Source: a virus (taxonomy: Duplodnaviria > Caudoviricetes). From it: a DNA stretch of 64,000 nt. Made by a program: the position numbers and the translations under genes. The stretch covers positions 28,948-92,947 of IMG/VR virus record IMGVR_UViG_3300011442_000001. One strand, written 5' to 3'. The notes under the pieces were generated by a model. It ran no database searches. It saw nothing but the letters and a program-made list of their open reading frames with translations, and was not told the DNA's origin. This document shows positions 1-9,331 of this stretch, piece after piece (position 1 is the first letter of the stretch; every line of letters starts with the position of its first letter).

Positions 1-716
1 GCATCACTTACATCTGCCCAGTTGTTACCGGCTGGATTTGAGTGATAGACTGCAAGAACCTGTGCTGTTCTAGTGTCGCCAGTTGTTAGTGTTGTACCAA
101 CGATTCTGTACTGACCTGTAGCAGGTACGCCTGAAGTTTCTGTTAGGTAGCTACCGTCCAGAGTTACAGACAGACCGTAATTTCCATTCTTTAGCTGAAT
201 AGGTGTTTGTGTAAGCGTGAAAGATGTCGTTCCAGTTGTGAACTTATCTACGACTACATCATACTTAAGGTATCTGCGTTCAGAACCAATAGCTGTGTAG
301 TCTTCTGTGGAATCTCCATCAACTTGATAGTTGAAGGTAAAGTCTCTGATTTGTAGTCTGTGTCCGTGAATGGACTTTACATAATCTGAAACCGTTGCAT
401 CTTTTACGTACAAGATTGTATCAACTTCACTTAGTTCGGAAACATCTACGCCTAGTGCTGGATATGCTGTTGCATCTGTACCAGTCAAGGCGGCAAATAT
501 TTTGATTCCGACATCGAAAGCTGAGAAAGTTACCGTGACGTTAGGAGTGTCCTTTACTGTACCAACGTGTTGCGGATTGCCAAGTTCATCCTTGTCTTCG
601 GCAGGAATTTCAGTTGTGAAACTTACCCGCTGAACTCTGGATGCCTTGAATTTGTCCCTTGGCCCTACAACGTGAAGTTGTAGTTCCTTTGATGGGACTG
701 CTAATCTTTGAGCCAT
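1..716 (-). CDS. Major tail (tube) protein, partial (runs off window start)
   Basis: Not in the ORF track. ATG at 716 with GGAGG RBS; MAQRLAVPSKELQLHVVGPRDKFKASRVQRVSF... is open to position 1; Thr/Val-rich; follows the tail-completion gene. Confidence 0.7.
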   Translation of the reverse strand, partial: MAQRLAVPSKELQLHVVGPRDKFKASRVQRVSFTTEIPAEDKDELGNPQHVGTVKDTPNVTVTFSAFDVGIKIFAALTGTDATAYPALGVDVSELSEVDTILYVKDATVSDYVKSIHGHRLQIRDFTFNYQVDGDSTEDYTAIGSERRYLKYDVVVDKFTTGTTSFTLTQTPIQLKNGNYGLSVTLDGSYLTETSGVPATGQYRIVGTTLTTGDTRTAQVLAVYHSNPAGNNWADVSD

Positions 717-727
717 TTGTCATCCTC

Positions 728-1189
728 CTAAACTTTATCATTTTTAGTGATAAGAATTAATTGTCCTCTATAATAGAGTTTTTCGTTGAGGTTTCGAAGT
801 ATAGGTATTGGTTCGAATGTTCTACTAACCACACTCAGGTGATTGATTAGGCTCGGAGAAGCAGAAGGAGGAAATCCTTCATTATAATCGTAGACATTAA
901 TACCATTCTTAGCCTCGCTCAGTACTTTGTAACCAAAGTCTTTTCTTTGAGATTTAGTAAGAGCAAAGACATCTATAAACCATCTTCTTACTCTAATACC
1001 ATCTCTGTTACCTAGTTCAAACTCTTCCTCGGTTATTTTGCCTTCCACTACTGAAACAGTGGGAAGAACAAGAACTTCCCTAGGAAATTCATCAACTATG
1101 TTTATTTGCCCGAAGACTTGGAATATTCCTCTTACCCAGTAGTTAATACTCAGGTCTTCCAATCTGTAAATATCCATTAGCTCTGCCAT
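728..1189 (-). CDS. Putative tail terminator/completion protein
   Basis: 153 aa, directly upstream of the tail tube gene; call rests on synteny. Confidence 0.5.
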   Translation of the reverse strand: MAELMDIYRLEDLSINYWVRGIFQVFGQINIVDEFPREVLVLPTVSVVEGKITEEEFELGNRDGIRVRRWFIDVFALTKSQRKDFGYKVLSEAKNGINVYDYNEGFPPSASPSLINHLSVVSRTFEPIPILRNLNEKLYYRGQLILITKNDKV

Positions 1190-1190
1190 A

Positions 1191-2219
1191 TTATATCTCT
1201 ATTGTTCCTTCTAGTTTTTTGAGAGTAATGAATATATTAACTCCAGAGCCGGACTTAGCAATATTTACTTTTCTGGTTTTGAACAGTTCATCATTCTCCA
1301 TTAGCCGTATAGCTTTTGCAAGAACATCCTTATCAATAAAAGCTTTCTTATCTCCAAAGCTTTTGAATATCTTCTCGTTTAGACGCATGTCCGTTTTTAT
1401 CTTCTCTACTTCAGAAGAATACTCATCTCTCTTAGCCTGATGCTCGTCAACTATTTCCTGTATTTCCTTGCTTTCTTGAAACCTTTTTTCCTGTGCTTCT
1501 CTCATAAATTTAAGGAAATCTTTTTCTATTGTTCTTTCAGCAGTACCAATAAAGTCTGTGGGGCTTGCTGGAACAGGGTTGTAACCTCCGGGTCTGTCGG
1601 AAGCCAGTTCTACACTTCCACTGTTTAGAATTCTCCAGAATGGGGCTTTGCCATGTGGCGTTACTGATAATCTTCCAGATATTGTTTTTCCTTCTAGGTC
1701 AAAGCCGTAGACATTATCGTACCACCAGTCAGTAGCTTTTTCACCCTTAGTATCGTCGTCTAGTCCCTTAGTTTTCAGGACTGCTTCACGATAGTTGCTG
1801 ATGCCTTCTGCCCAATCATCCAAATCTCCAGCTACTTCCTCGTACACAATTTGCAGGTCAAGGTTTGTTCCCCATCCCGCTCCAGTAACTAGATACTTAT
1901 AAATATCCTTGTTGTTCGCTACAGCGTATAAGTGGATTTTATAAGTTCTGTCACTAAACTCTATATTAGTTTCTATAGCACTATCTATAGCCTGAATTAG
2001 AGTAGTCTCTGGAATGTTCCCAGATTTAAGGGACGTTATGTATCCTGTAGCTATTTGATTTGGATAGTCGTCATTCTTTCTTCTAGCCAGCCTAGCTCTG
2101 GCATTTTTTAGAAGACGGCTATATTGGTCTCTTGTATTCTTAGCGGACTCCAATTCTTCCTGAAGCCTGCTAAAATCAACCTGTGTTTCTTCAAGTAATT
2201 GTTTAGTCCGTTTTGCCAT
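1191..2219 (-). CDS. Putative neck/virion morphogenesis protein
   Basis: 342 aa with coiled-coil ends, in the connector cluster. Confidence 0.35.
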   Translation of the reverse strand: MAKRTKQLLEETQVDFSRLQEELESAKNTRDQYSRLLKNARARLARRKNDDYPNQIATGYITSLKSGNIPETTLIQAIDSAIETNIEFSDRTYKIHLYAVANNKDIYKYLVTGAGWGTNLDLQIVYEEVAGDLDDWAEGISNYREAVLKTKGLDDDTKGEKATDWWYDNVYGFDLEGKTISGRLSVTPHGKAPFWRILNSGSVELASDRPGGYNPVPASPTDFIGTAERTIEKDFLKFMREAQEKRFQESKEIQEIVDEHQAKRDEYSSEVEKIKTDMRLNEKIFKSFGDKKAFIDKDVLAKAIRLMENDELFKTRKVNIAKSGSGVNIFITLKKLEGTIEI

Positions 2220-2223
2220 AGGT

Positions 2224-2454
2224 TTACTTTATTAGGAATTCGATGTTACCAAAAGTAGCTTTTACATAAGCTCTTGTCAGATTGTTTAGCTCGTCCAAGA
2301 TAAACTTTCTTACTTCCGCATATTCTTGCGGGTCAGTAATAACTGTTTCCAGTTTTTGTAAAATCTTAGCCTGTGCCACTTTGTTCTTTGTTCCTATTGT
2401 TCTTATCAGTTCCAATACATCTACTTCCTGAAATACTCCTTCTCCTTTTGCCAT
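2224..2454 (-). CDS. Hypothetical protein
   Basis: 76-aa ORF tightly packed in the operon. Confidence 0.6.
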   Translation of the reverse strand: MAKGEGVFQEVDVLELIRTIGTKNKVAQAKILQKLETVITDPQEYAEVRKFILDELNNLTRAYVKATFGNIEFLIK

Positions 2455-2456
2455 TT

Positions 2457-2894
2457 TTATCTACCTTTCTCTTTTAGCCTTACCAGTATCCTGTTCACTG
2501 TAGGGACACCCCTGACATCCACATCAACCACGTCGAACTCTCTATCATCCACAATTACGTACTCAGCTTCATTGATAAGTTCTGGAATTCCTCCACTGTA
2601 CATCACCTTTACGGTAACTGTACCATCATCAATAATACCGCCCGTCTGCCAAGATTTGTTGTCTACCTTACCATAGGTAATATGGGCTTGCAATTCCACA
2701 CCGCTGAGGGTATATATCCAGTAAACTCCTGAACATTGTGGGCAGAATGAATTTGTGGAAGTATCTGCAATTGGGTCTAGAGAGCAGAGGTCACAACCAG
2801 AAACAGAGATGACTTCGTAAAAGTATACGGGTCTCCCTATCTGGTCAATCATTTCTTGGACGAAATCCCTTTCATTAGCAGGAAAAAGAGGCAA
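2457..2894 (-). CDS. Putative head-closure/head-tail joining protein with Zn-finger insert
   Basis: CxxC...CxxC insert in a beta-rich small protein; synteny; likely start MLPLF. Confidence 0.5.
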   Translation of the reverse strand: MPLFPANERDFVQEMIDQIGRPVYFYEVISVSGCDLCSLDPIADTSTNSFCPQCSGVYWIYTLSGVELQAHITYGKVDNKSWQTGGIIDDGTVTVKVMYSGGIPELINEAEYVIVDDREFDVVDVDVRGVPTVNRILVRLKEKGR

Positions 2895-2896
2895 CA

Positions 2897-4096
2897 TTAT
2901 GTACAAACTTCCTCGAAGATGTCACCCCAACGCTGGGCAATCGTCTTCCATTGATAATCAGGTCTTGAGAACTTATCCTTCCCCTTTTCAGAAAAGTACT
3001 TCAATATATCCCTGTCTTTATAGTAAATCTCCAAGCATCTTGCTACTTCTTCGGGAGTTGTTACTCTACCTACTGTTTGACTGTTGTCGAAAGTCCAGTC
3101 ATAGAAGGTCTCCAGTAATAGACCGCTATCTATGAACATCTCCTGACATGAGCTGTGTCTCGGAACAAGTTGAGCCGCTCCAGTTACAGCATGTTCTACA
3201 TTAGTCAATCCCCATCCTTCTCCCATAGAAGTATTGATTCCAACATCACAAGCGTTGTAGATAAGGTTTAGTCTTTCCTTTGAAACTCTTTGAATTCCGT
3301 TGGCAAGGCTGGTGAAGATAAGTCTATTATCCATCTTCCAGCGTTTTGCTTCCTTAACTACGTCAATATGAGCGTCTCTTATTCCACAATGCATATAAAG
3401 CTTTACATTGTCTGGTTTGTCCTCTGCGAATTGGGCAAATCCCTGCATCGTAATATCCAGCTTTTTTCTGGGTTGGTTACGATTGGCATTAAGAACAATG
3501 AAAGTTTCTTCTACATGCTTTAGACCCTTTAACTTGCTTCCAAAAAGTTCCACTTTTGACTGCTTTCTATCTTCACTAATCTGATAGAAGTCTTCTAGGT
3601 CTACTCCGTGAGGCATAACTCCCAGTATCATTTCTGGCATACAACTAGGCTGTGTTACCACGGACTTACCAAACTCAGTATAGGTGTATGCTTCACTGAC
3701 TATATCGAAGTCTCTATACCATTCCGAGTCATGCCATTTAGAATCTACCGGAAAGTAGACTACAATAGGAGGTAACTTTTTGGTTACATTCTTTTTGATG
3801 GCGTCTAGGTAATATGAGATTACCCAAGAGTCATTCAGAATAAATACCAAATCGAAGTCTATTTGGTTCATCAGGCTACACATTCTGTCCAAGCCGTAGA
3901 TATTTCCCATTCCTCTGACCATTGCTGGATAGATTGGGAAGTCATAACTATGTGGGTCTCCACTGTAGTTTACTCCCAAGCCTGTAAAATCGAACCTGTC
4001 TTTGTTGTACTTTATTATGTTATGTGCTACGGTAGAAAATCCAGTTTCTACCACCAAATCGCTTGCAAAAAGAACCTTTAGTTTTTCCTTATCCAT
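2897..4096 (-). CDS. GT-B glycosyltransferase (GT4 family)
   Basis: TGFSTVA N-terminal motif, NRNQPRK, YNACDVGINTSMGEGWGLTNVE (E-x7-E). Confidence 0.9.
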   Translation of the reverse strand: MDKEKLKVLFASDLVVETGFSTVAHNIIKYNKDRFDFTGLGVNYSGDPHSYDFPIYPAMVRGMGNIYGLDRMCSLMNQIDFDLVFILNDSWVISYYLDAIKKNVTKKLPPIVVYFPVDSKWHDSEWYRDFDIVSEAYTYTEFGKSVVTQPSCMPEMILGVMPHGVDLEDFYQISEDRKQSKVELFGSKLKGLKHVEETFIVLNANRNQPRKKLDITMQGFAQFAEDKPDNVKLYMHCGIRDAHIDVVKEAKRWKMDNRLIFTSLANGIQRVSKERLNLIYNACDVGINTSMGEGWGLTNVEHAVTGAAQLVPRHSSCQEMFIDSGLLLETFYDWTFDNSQTVGRVTTPEEVARCLEIYYKDRDILKYFSEKGKDKFSRPDYQWKTIAQRWGDIFEEVCT

Positions 4097-4109
4097 GTCC
4101 TAATCCTTT

Positions 4110-4634
4110 CTATGCTGATGTAGTACCACTACCACCAGAATCATCGTACTCTTCTGCTCCGGGGATTGATGTTCTCACAACTCCTGTAAGTCTTCTAGTA
4201 GGAGGAAGTAAATACATTTCCAATTCTGCCCAATCCCTAGCGAGAGATGAATCTTTCATTCTTCCGCTTTCGATATTGGACACCGCTATTTCTGCATCTC
4301 TCCAGCTACCAACTGTCCAAGAAGAATTCTGTAGAACTCCACTTTTTGTCAGTATGGATGCCATAATTACAATAGGTATTTCGTCCTGTTGCTGTATGGT
4401 AGGAGGTGCATCCATAAGGAAAGTACTTCCTGCATATCTAGAGACCACGTAAGTAGTCTCGTCAATTGTGTAACGAATTCTCCACCAGCGTTGCAGAGAC
4501 TTAAGAGAAGATACTAACGACACCCTTAGCCATTCGTCCAGATAGCGATAAGCTGTAGCATCCGTGTCTCCGAGTCTGGCTCTTAGTTCTGGTATCAGAT
4601 AATCTAAATCGGTTGTCGTAGTTATTCCTGCCAT
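4110..4634 (-). CDS. Putative head-tail adaptor
   Basis: 'LIPELRARLGD' N-terminus typical of adaptors; synteny. Confidence 0.55.
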   Translation of the reverse strand: MAGITTTTDLDYLIPELRARLGDTDATAYRYLDEWLRVSLVSSLKSLQRWWRIRYTIDETTYVVSRYAGSTFLMDAPPTIQQQDEIPIVIMASILTKSGVLQNSSWTVGSWRDAEIAVSNIESGRMKDSSLARDWAELEMYLLPPTRRLTGVVRTSIPGAEEYDDSGGSGTTSA

Positions 4635-5155
4635 TATGCCTCTTGATTGTTAGGAGTAATATACTCCGCTGTCTGAAGTTCTGAAATTCTTTTTTCTATT
4701 GCAGATGTAACCTTTTCAGATTTTTCTAGTTCTTCAGCGATACCTCTCATTCTGAAAAGTACCGGAATAGACTCAATCTTGTTAATTCTGTTCACGAAAG
4801 CAATCCACTTTGAATTTACAATCACAGTTAGTTCTTCATCACTTGCCTGTTCGATTGTCACTGGTGGTTCATAGTTTTCAGGTAACTTGTAGCTAACAAG
4901 AACACCCTTTTTGAAGTGACCTCTATTAACTCTTTTCAAGAAACCATCTTCCTGTTGTGACCAGACTTTTACATACGAGTCTTCGTCTTTCTTCTTCGGG
5001 TCTCCGTGCAGAATTACATCTACAGGTTTCTTTTGAACGTTATCCCAAACTGTTACTGCTACCTGTGCTAGGATAGTCTTTATGTAACAAGCAAACGGCT
5101 TCTCGTTCTCCATTGAAGAATACATATCATTTTGTGCTAAAACATCTTGGTTCAT
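4634..5155 (-). CDS. Hypothetical protein
   Basis: 173-aa ORF with AAGGA RBS, coupled to the adaptor gene. Confidence 0.6.
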   Translation of the reverse strand: MNQDVLAQNDMYSSMENEKPFACYIKTILAQVAVTVWDNVQKKPVDVILHGDPKKKDEDSYVKVWSQQEDGFLKRVNRGHFKKGVLVSYKLPENYEPPVTIEQASDEELTVIVNSKWIAFVNRINKIESIPVLFRMRGIAEELEKSEKVTSAIEKRISELQTAEYITPNNQEA

Positions 5156-5290
5156 TTATTAAAATCCTTTCCTTCATTTTATATACAGCAATCTGCTGTT
5201 AATATCCTTATTTACCTACCAGTTGAGTACTGATAGTTTTTACTGCCCAATTTCCTCTTGCGGCCTTCCATGCGTCCACCACGGCTCGCA

Positions 5291-6157
5291 TCATAGCGCC
5301 AGCCTGTAAGCGGTGGTTGCATTATTTAAGCCGCCCGCGATATAGACGTAACTGCCAATAGCACATGCCCCGGTTTGCAGGCTGGCATAAGGCAGGGACA
5401 CGGCATGAGTAGTCCATGAGTCCGTCAGTGTGTCATAAACATAAATCGCCGTTGTTCCGGCAAAGGTCGCATCTGCTCCGCCGATCACATAGAGCTTGTT
5501 ACCGATGACCTCCACTTCCTTGTAGCAGGTTCCTGCAGGCAGCGCCGCAACGGTACTCCATGAGTCACCCGCCGGATCATACTTATAGACCGTTGTTACC
5601 GGGTGGAGGGATGTCGGGTAATCGGTCATATCATTTGTTGCACCGATGGCATAAATATATCCATTGCAAGCCGCGCCAAAATCACCAAGAGCCTTTGCAA
5701 CAGGTAGAGCCGCCTTTGTGCTGTCCCATGTGTCGTTGCTCGTGTCATACACGTACATCTGTGTTCGTGGAACATTACTGCCTGACAATCCTCCAAAGAC
5801 GTAAATCTTCGTCCCAATGACGGCGCTCCCCATATCCTCCAACCCAACAGGACAAGCGGTCTTTTCCGTCCATGTGTCCGCAGAAGGGTCATACTCGTAC
5901 ACGTTGCCATAATATGCCGGGACGTTCTGGTTATAGCCGCCGATGTAGTAAAGTTTGCTTCCTACAGCTCGCATGATGGCAGATTGCCGGAACGCCTGTG
6001 CATAAGGCAAATCTGTCAACACTCTCCACTGGTCAACGGATGGGTTGTATTCATACATCTTTTTTCCACTGGCTCCACCGGCGCAATATATCTTGCCGTT
6101 ACATACTTCCATTCCGTGTTGAGACATAGAAGCCGGGATTGTGGCAAGCTGTACCAC
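5291..6157 (-). CDS. Kelch-repeat beta-propeller (probably C-terminal part of a -1 frameshift fusion)
   Basis: Six repeats of kiYviGG...YdP..dtW; no SD before the GTG. Confidence 0.9.
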   Translation of the reverse strand: MVQLATIPASMSQHGMEVCNGKIYCAGGASGKKMYEYNPSVDQWRVLTDLPYAQAFRQSAIMRAVGSKLYYIGGYNQNVPAYYGNVYEYDPSADTWTEKTACPVGLEDMGSAVIGTKIYVFGGLSGSNVPRTQMYVYDTSNDTWDSTKAALPVAKALGDFGAACNGYIYAIGATNDMTDYPTSLHPVTTVYKYDPAGDSWSTVAALPAGTCYKEVEVIGNKLYVIGGADATFAGTTAIYVYDTLTDSWTTHAVSLPYASLQTGACAIGSYVYIAGGLNNATTAYRLAL

Positions 6158-6161
6158 GTTC

Positions 6162-6193
6162 GGCGTATTCGGCTCGCCAGCCTCTAAAAACCC
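6162..6193 (-). promoter_or_regulatory. Putative programmed -1 ribosomal frameshift signal
   Basis: G GGT TTT heptamer (6193-6187) just before TAG, then GGC-T-GGCG-A-GCC-GAATA-CGCC pseudoknot; the -1 frame is continuous with the Kelch ORF. Confidence 0.7.
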
Positions 6194-7593
6194 TGCAACA
6201 CGGCAAGCGCCGCCGCCGGGATGGTGTAGGGATAGGACACGAAGAAAGCGCCGGTTGTAAAGCCTGTCACTTTTGCCGTGGTCAAGAGCGCACCGGATGA
6301 GGCGGACGAATAGGTCAGGACGGTTCCCGCTGCATTGGCAGGGTTGATAGGTCGCGCCTGTACTCCGATGTGATTGGCCGCCAGAACATTATTGAAGATC
6401 CAAATCTGGTAGACCGTCGCGTTTGTCCACGTCCGCGCCTGGGATGCGCGCTCGGTGGCTGTTCCACTAACTACCTCAAATATTTTCATGGTGCTGTTGG
6501 CCTGGTCGCATTGGATATACCAGCGATCATTATCTGATGTGTAACGGAGATTGATTATCAATACTTCATTCGTGGCACACGTCCACTTGAAATAAATGTA
6601 CCCGTTCGCATCGTGCGTGATTGAGTCGCCGCTGGCCGGTGTCTGGTTATTCCCGGTTGCGATCCCCGTCAGGCTGTTCCAGGGACTAGGCAGGATTGCG
6701 ACCTTCATTGCGTCAACTGTGAAATTTAAAGCATTGGCGCGGACACCTACGCCCGGATACCAGTTACCCGTCCCGGTCAAATCGGCCCAAATAAATTTAT
6801 CTCCAATCACTTCTAGTGCGCCGGTGGTTTGCAGGATGGAATAGCGCACATGCGGGAAGGAGAGAGTGACAATCAGATTACCTGATGTGAAACCATCGCT
6901 GGCAGCGGAGATTATGTTATTTCCCGCCGCCACGATGTTTGTAGTTGCCCTGGCGTTCCCTGCCGCAGTGTTCCCCCATCCCGCGATAACGTTTGTGTTG
7001 CCTGTGGTCACGGCGGCAAGCGTGATTGCAGCACATAGCCCAGCGGCCCGCGTGGTCTGTGGCCCTGAGTATCCTTCATTGTTTACGCCCGTCCCATTGA
7101 CCACCAGTTTCCCACCGGCAAGGCTCATAATGCTATTCGCGTCCGTAATTGTCGCGGTTCCTGGCCCCGGCTCCGCTGTGCGCGGCGTGGCAATTGGCGC
7201 GGCGTCGTCCGTGGTAAACGTATCGTTGAACAACATCAAAATGGTGACAATGCTAAATTGAGTTGCGGCAACGTTGCCATTCCCGGCCCCGTCTACACAG
7301 ACACCCGCGCCAATATCCACGGTCATTGTCCCGGCTACGGACGGCGCAAGGTCGAACGTGTAAACCGCTCCCGATCCGGCGAAGTTTGACAATGTAACCG
7401 TCCCGCCCGAAATAGCTGCGGTCACATCGCCCGAAGTAAACCCGGTCACGGTCTCCGAGAATGTAGCCGTGAAATTCAGCGGCGTGGTTGCCGTTGGCCC
7501 GGTCTGCGTGCAGGTGATCGCCACAGTCGGCGCGATGTTGTCAGCCGCTCCCCCACTCGCCAGGTACATCAATAACGCCGCGCGCCTATTCAT
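6184..7593 (-). CDS. Virion-associated Ig-like (Big) plus beta-sandwich protein
   Basis: D.IAPTV.I...TATFSE.VTGF...D.AGN Big-like motif; Thr/Ala/Gly-rich; GGAGG RBS. Confidence 0.75.
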   Translation of the reverse strand: MNRRAALLMYLASGGAADNIAPTVAITCTQTGPTATTPLNFTATFSETVTGFTSGDVTAAISGGTVTLSNFAGSGAVYTFDLAPSVAGTMTVDIGAGVCVDGAGNGNVAATQFSIVTILMLFNDTFTTDDAAPIATPRTAEPGPGTATITDANSIMSLAGGKLVVNGTGVNNEGYSGPQTTRAAGLCAAITLAAVTTGNTNVIAGWGNTAAGNARATTNIVAAGNNIISAASDGFTSGNLIVTLSFPHVRYSILQTTGALEVIGDKFIWADLTGTGNWYPGVGVRANALNFTVDAMKVAILPSPWNSLTGIATGNNQTPASGDSITHDANGYIYFKWTCATNEVLIINLRYTSDNDRWYIQCDQANSTMKIFEVVSGTATERASQARTWTNATVYQIWIFNNVLAANHIGVQARPINPANAAGTVLTYSSASSGALLTTAKVTGFTTGAFFVSYPYTIPAAALAVLQGF

Positions 7594-7638
7594 TGCCGCC
7601 TCCCGAACTCAGAAACTTTATTTTATTCATGCTATTTA

Positions 7639-8133
7639 TTAAGATTCGTAGACTAAATGGGCGTAAACGCCACTAGCGGCATAAACTCCCAAAGAAGTAA
7701 TTCCACCATAAGGCCCAGCTATTCTTACATTACCGTCAGGAACATAAATTCCAGCCGCCGTAGGAGAAGCTGTAGTATTGACAGCCCCATAAACTTTTCC
7801 GCCCTCTGCCATAATCCAGATAGTTTTTGTTCCATTGGGAATGGTGGCATTTTGGTTTGCAGCACTAAGAAAAGAAAGAACCTGCTGTCCCAAATAAGTT
7901 CCGGGAAGCAATGAAGCTACGCCACTAATTGTAACTATTTCATTGTCTAAAGAAACCTTGACATCTGATGCACGTAATTGGGTATCAGTAAGTGGGCCAG
8001 ACACAGGGACTGGGGTAGCCCTAAGCTGGGCGTCAGTCAGTCCACCAGAAATGGTAACAGTTCCTCCTCCACCAGAGTCATCAATATCTACAAAATTTCC
8101 AGTATCAGCATCTATAACAGTATGAGTTGTCAT
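7639..8133 (-). CDS. Putative capsid decoration/fibre protein
   Basis: Tandem LTDAQLRA/LTDTQLRA repeats; lies downstream of the capsid gene. Confidence 0.45.
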   Translation of the reverse strand: MTTHTVIDADTGNFVDIDDSGGGGTVTISGGLTDAQLRATPVPVSGPLTDTQLRASDVKVSLDNEIVTISGVASLLPGTYLGQQVLSFLSAANQNATIPNGTKTIWIMAEGGKVYGAVNTTASPTAAGIYVPDGNVRIAGPYGGITSLGVYAASGVYAHLVYES

Positions 8134-8155
8134 TTAATAATTCCTTATATAAGTA

Positions 8156-8190
8156 GGGGAGGAGTATTTCATCCTCCCCCTTTTATTTGT
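8156..8190. terminator. Intrinsic terminator-like hairpin
   Basis: GGGGAGGA-gtatttca-TCCTCCCC with T-rich flank. Confidence 0.5.
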
Positions 8191-8191
8191 T

Positions 8192-8629
8192 TTAGCTTAC
8201 GTTTCTAGAAACGTTTTTTAGAGCCATAAGCTCTCCAATGCATAAGTAGTCCTGCTCAGTATAGTGTGAATTATTTCCTCTTTCTATTCTACTTAAACAA
8301 TAATTTATCATTATGTCTAATTCTTCTCTCTTGCAAAAAGAATAATTCACAACCATTTCACAAAATTTCAGTATTTCCTTTAGTCCAGTTATAACTAATC
8401 TATAAATAGTACCGTTCTTAGCAGAACGAAGGTGACAACCTATGTTATTAGATTCCAGGAATACTTCAATTTGGTTCAGTATTTTTCTATCTCTCTGTGT
8501 TATAACTATTTGTGGAAGAATTAGTTCTGTCTTTATTTCTTTGTTTCTTCCATATCTAAAATGAGAATATAGTCCAACACTCCCTTCCCCATCAAAAAAT
8601 CCTGCTAAATATTCAATTGTAATTTTCAT
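8192..8629 (-). CDS. Free-standing LAGLIDADG homing endonuclease
   Basis: YLAGFFDGEG motif; probable start MKITIEY at 8629 with GGAGG RBS. Confidence 0.9.
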   Translation of the reverse strand: MKITIEYLAGFFDGEGSVGLYSHFRYGRNKEIKTELILPQIVITQRDRKILNQIEVFLESNNIGCHLRSAKNGTIYRLVITGLKEILKFCEMVVNYSFCKREELDIMINYCLSRIERGNNSHYTEQDYLCIGELMALKNVSRNVS

Positions 8630-8729
8630 TCTACCTCCGATAGTAGAATGAGGGGAGAGTGACATCTTCGGACGGATGCCATTCGCTTTTCCGAAAGCTA
8701 TCTCCCCTCAATATTATTTTATTTACAGG

Positions 8730-9331
8730 CTATGAAACATCCAAAACGAATATTCCATCTGCACGGTCAATAATCATACCGAACTGCTGGTAAAGTTCCA
8801 AATACCACTGTGGAGGAGTTGGCTCCATGTTTGTCCACTGCTTATCCTTTACGTCTCCATAAGTAATGAATTCACCTACGCCCTCGCCGATAACAAGAAT
8901 CTTGTCTTCAGGTAGTAGAGCATTGTAGTCAGCAGGGTTGTCGTAAATCTGGTCTAGGGCTACTAGAGGTACACCGTAGTAACGTCCAAGAATACCATTC
9001 TGCATGATTTCTAGGATTGTCTCAGGTGCAAAACCTACGTTTGTACCGTCTGACCAGAATGCACCAAACTTGGTGATAGGAGTCATTGCGGCACGTGTTC
9101 CAATAACAACCTTTGCACCAGAAGTGTGAAGATTAACATAGTTAATCGCATTCTCTAGTGCTGTGGCTGTAATAGGCCCACCAACTGCTGTGAAGTTATT
9201 TGGAGTATTTACAGATGTCCAGACTGTTGAAAGGGCAGTAAATACTTTGTTTAGATAGTAATCAGCAAGCTTGGCTGACATTTCCTTACGGATGTCCTCC
9301 ACGCTACCAATTTCTCCAGAAGCTAGTTCCC
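8730..9331 (-). CDS. Major capsid protein, exon 2
   Basis: Joins exon 1 in frame (..TYNE-W-ELASGEIGSVEDIRKEM..); HK97-like features (G.LGRYYGVPLV); spliced product 299 aa. Confidence 0.85.
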
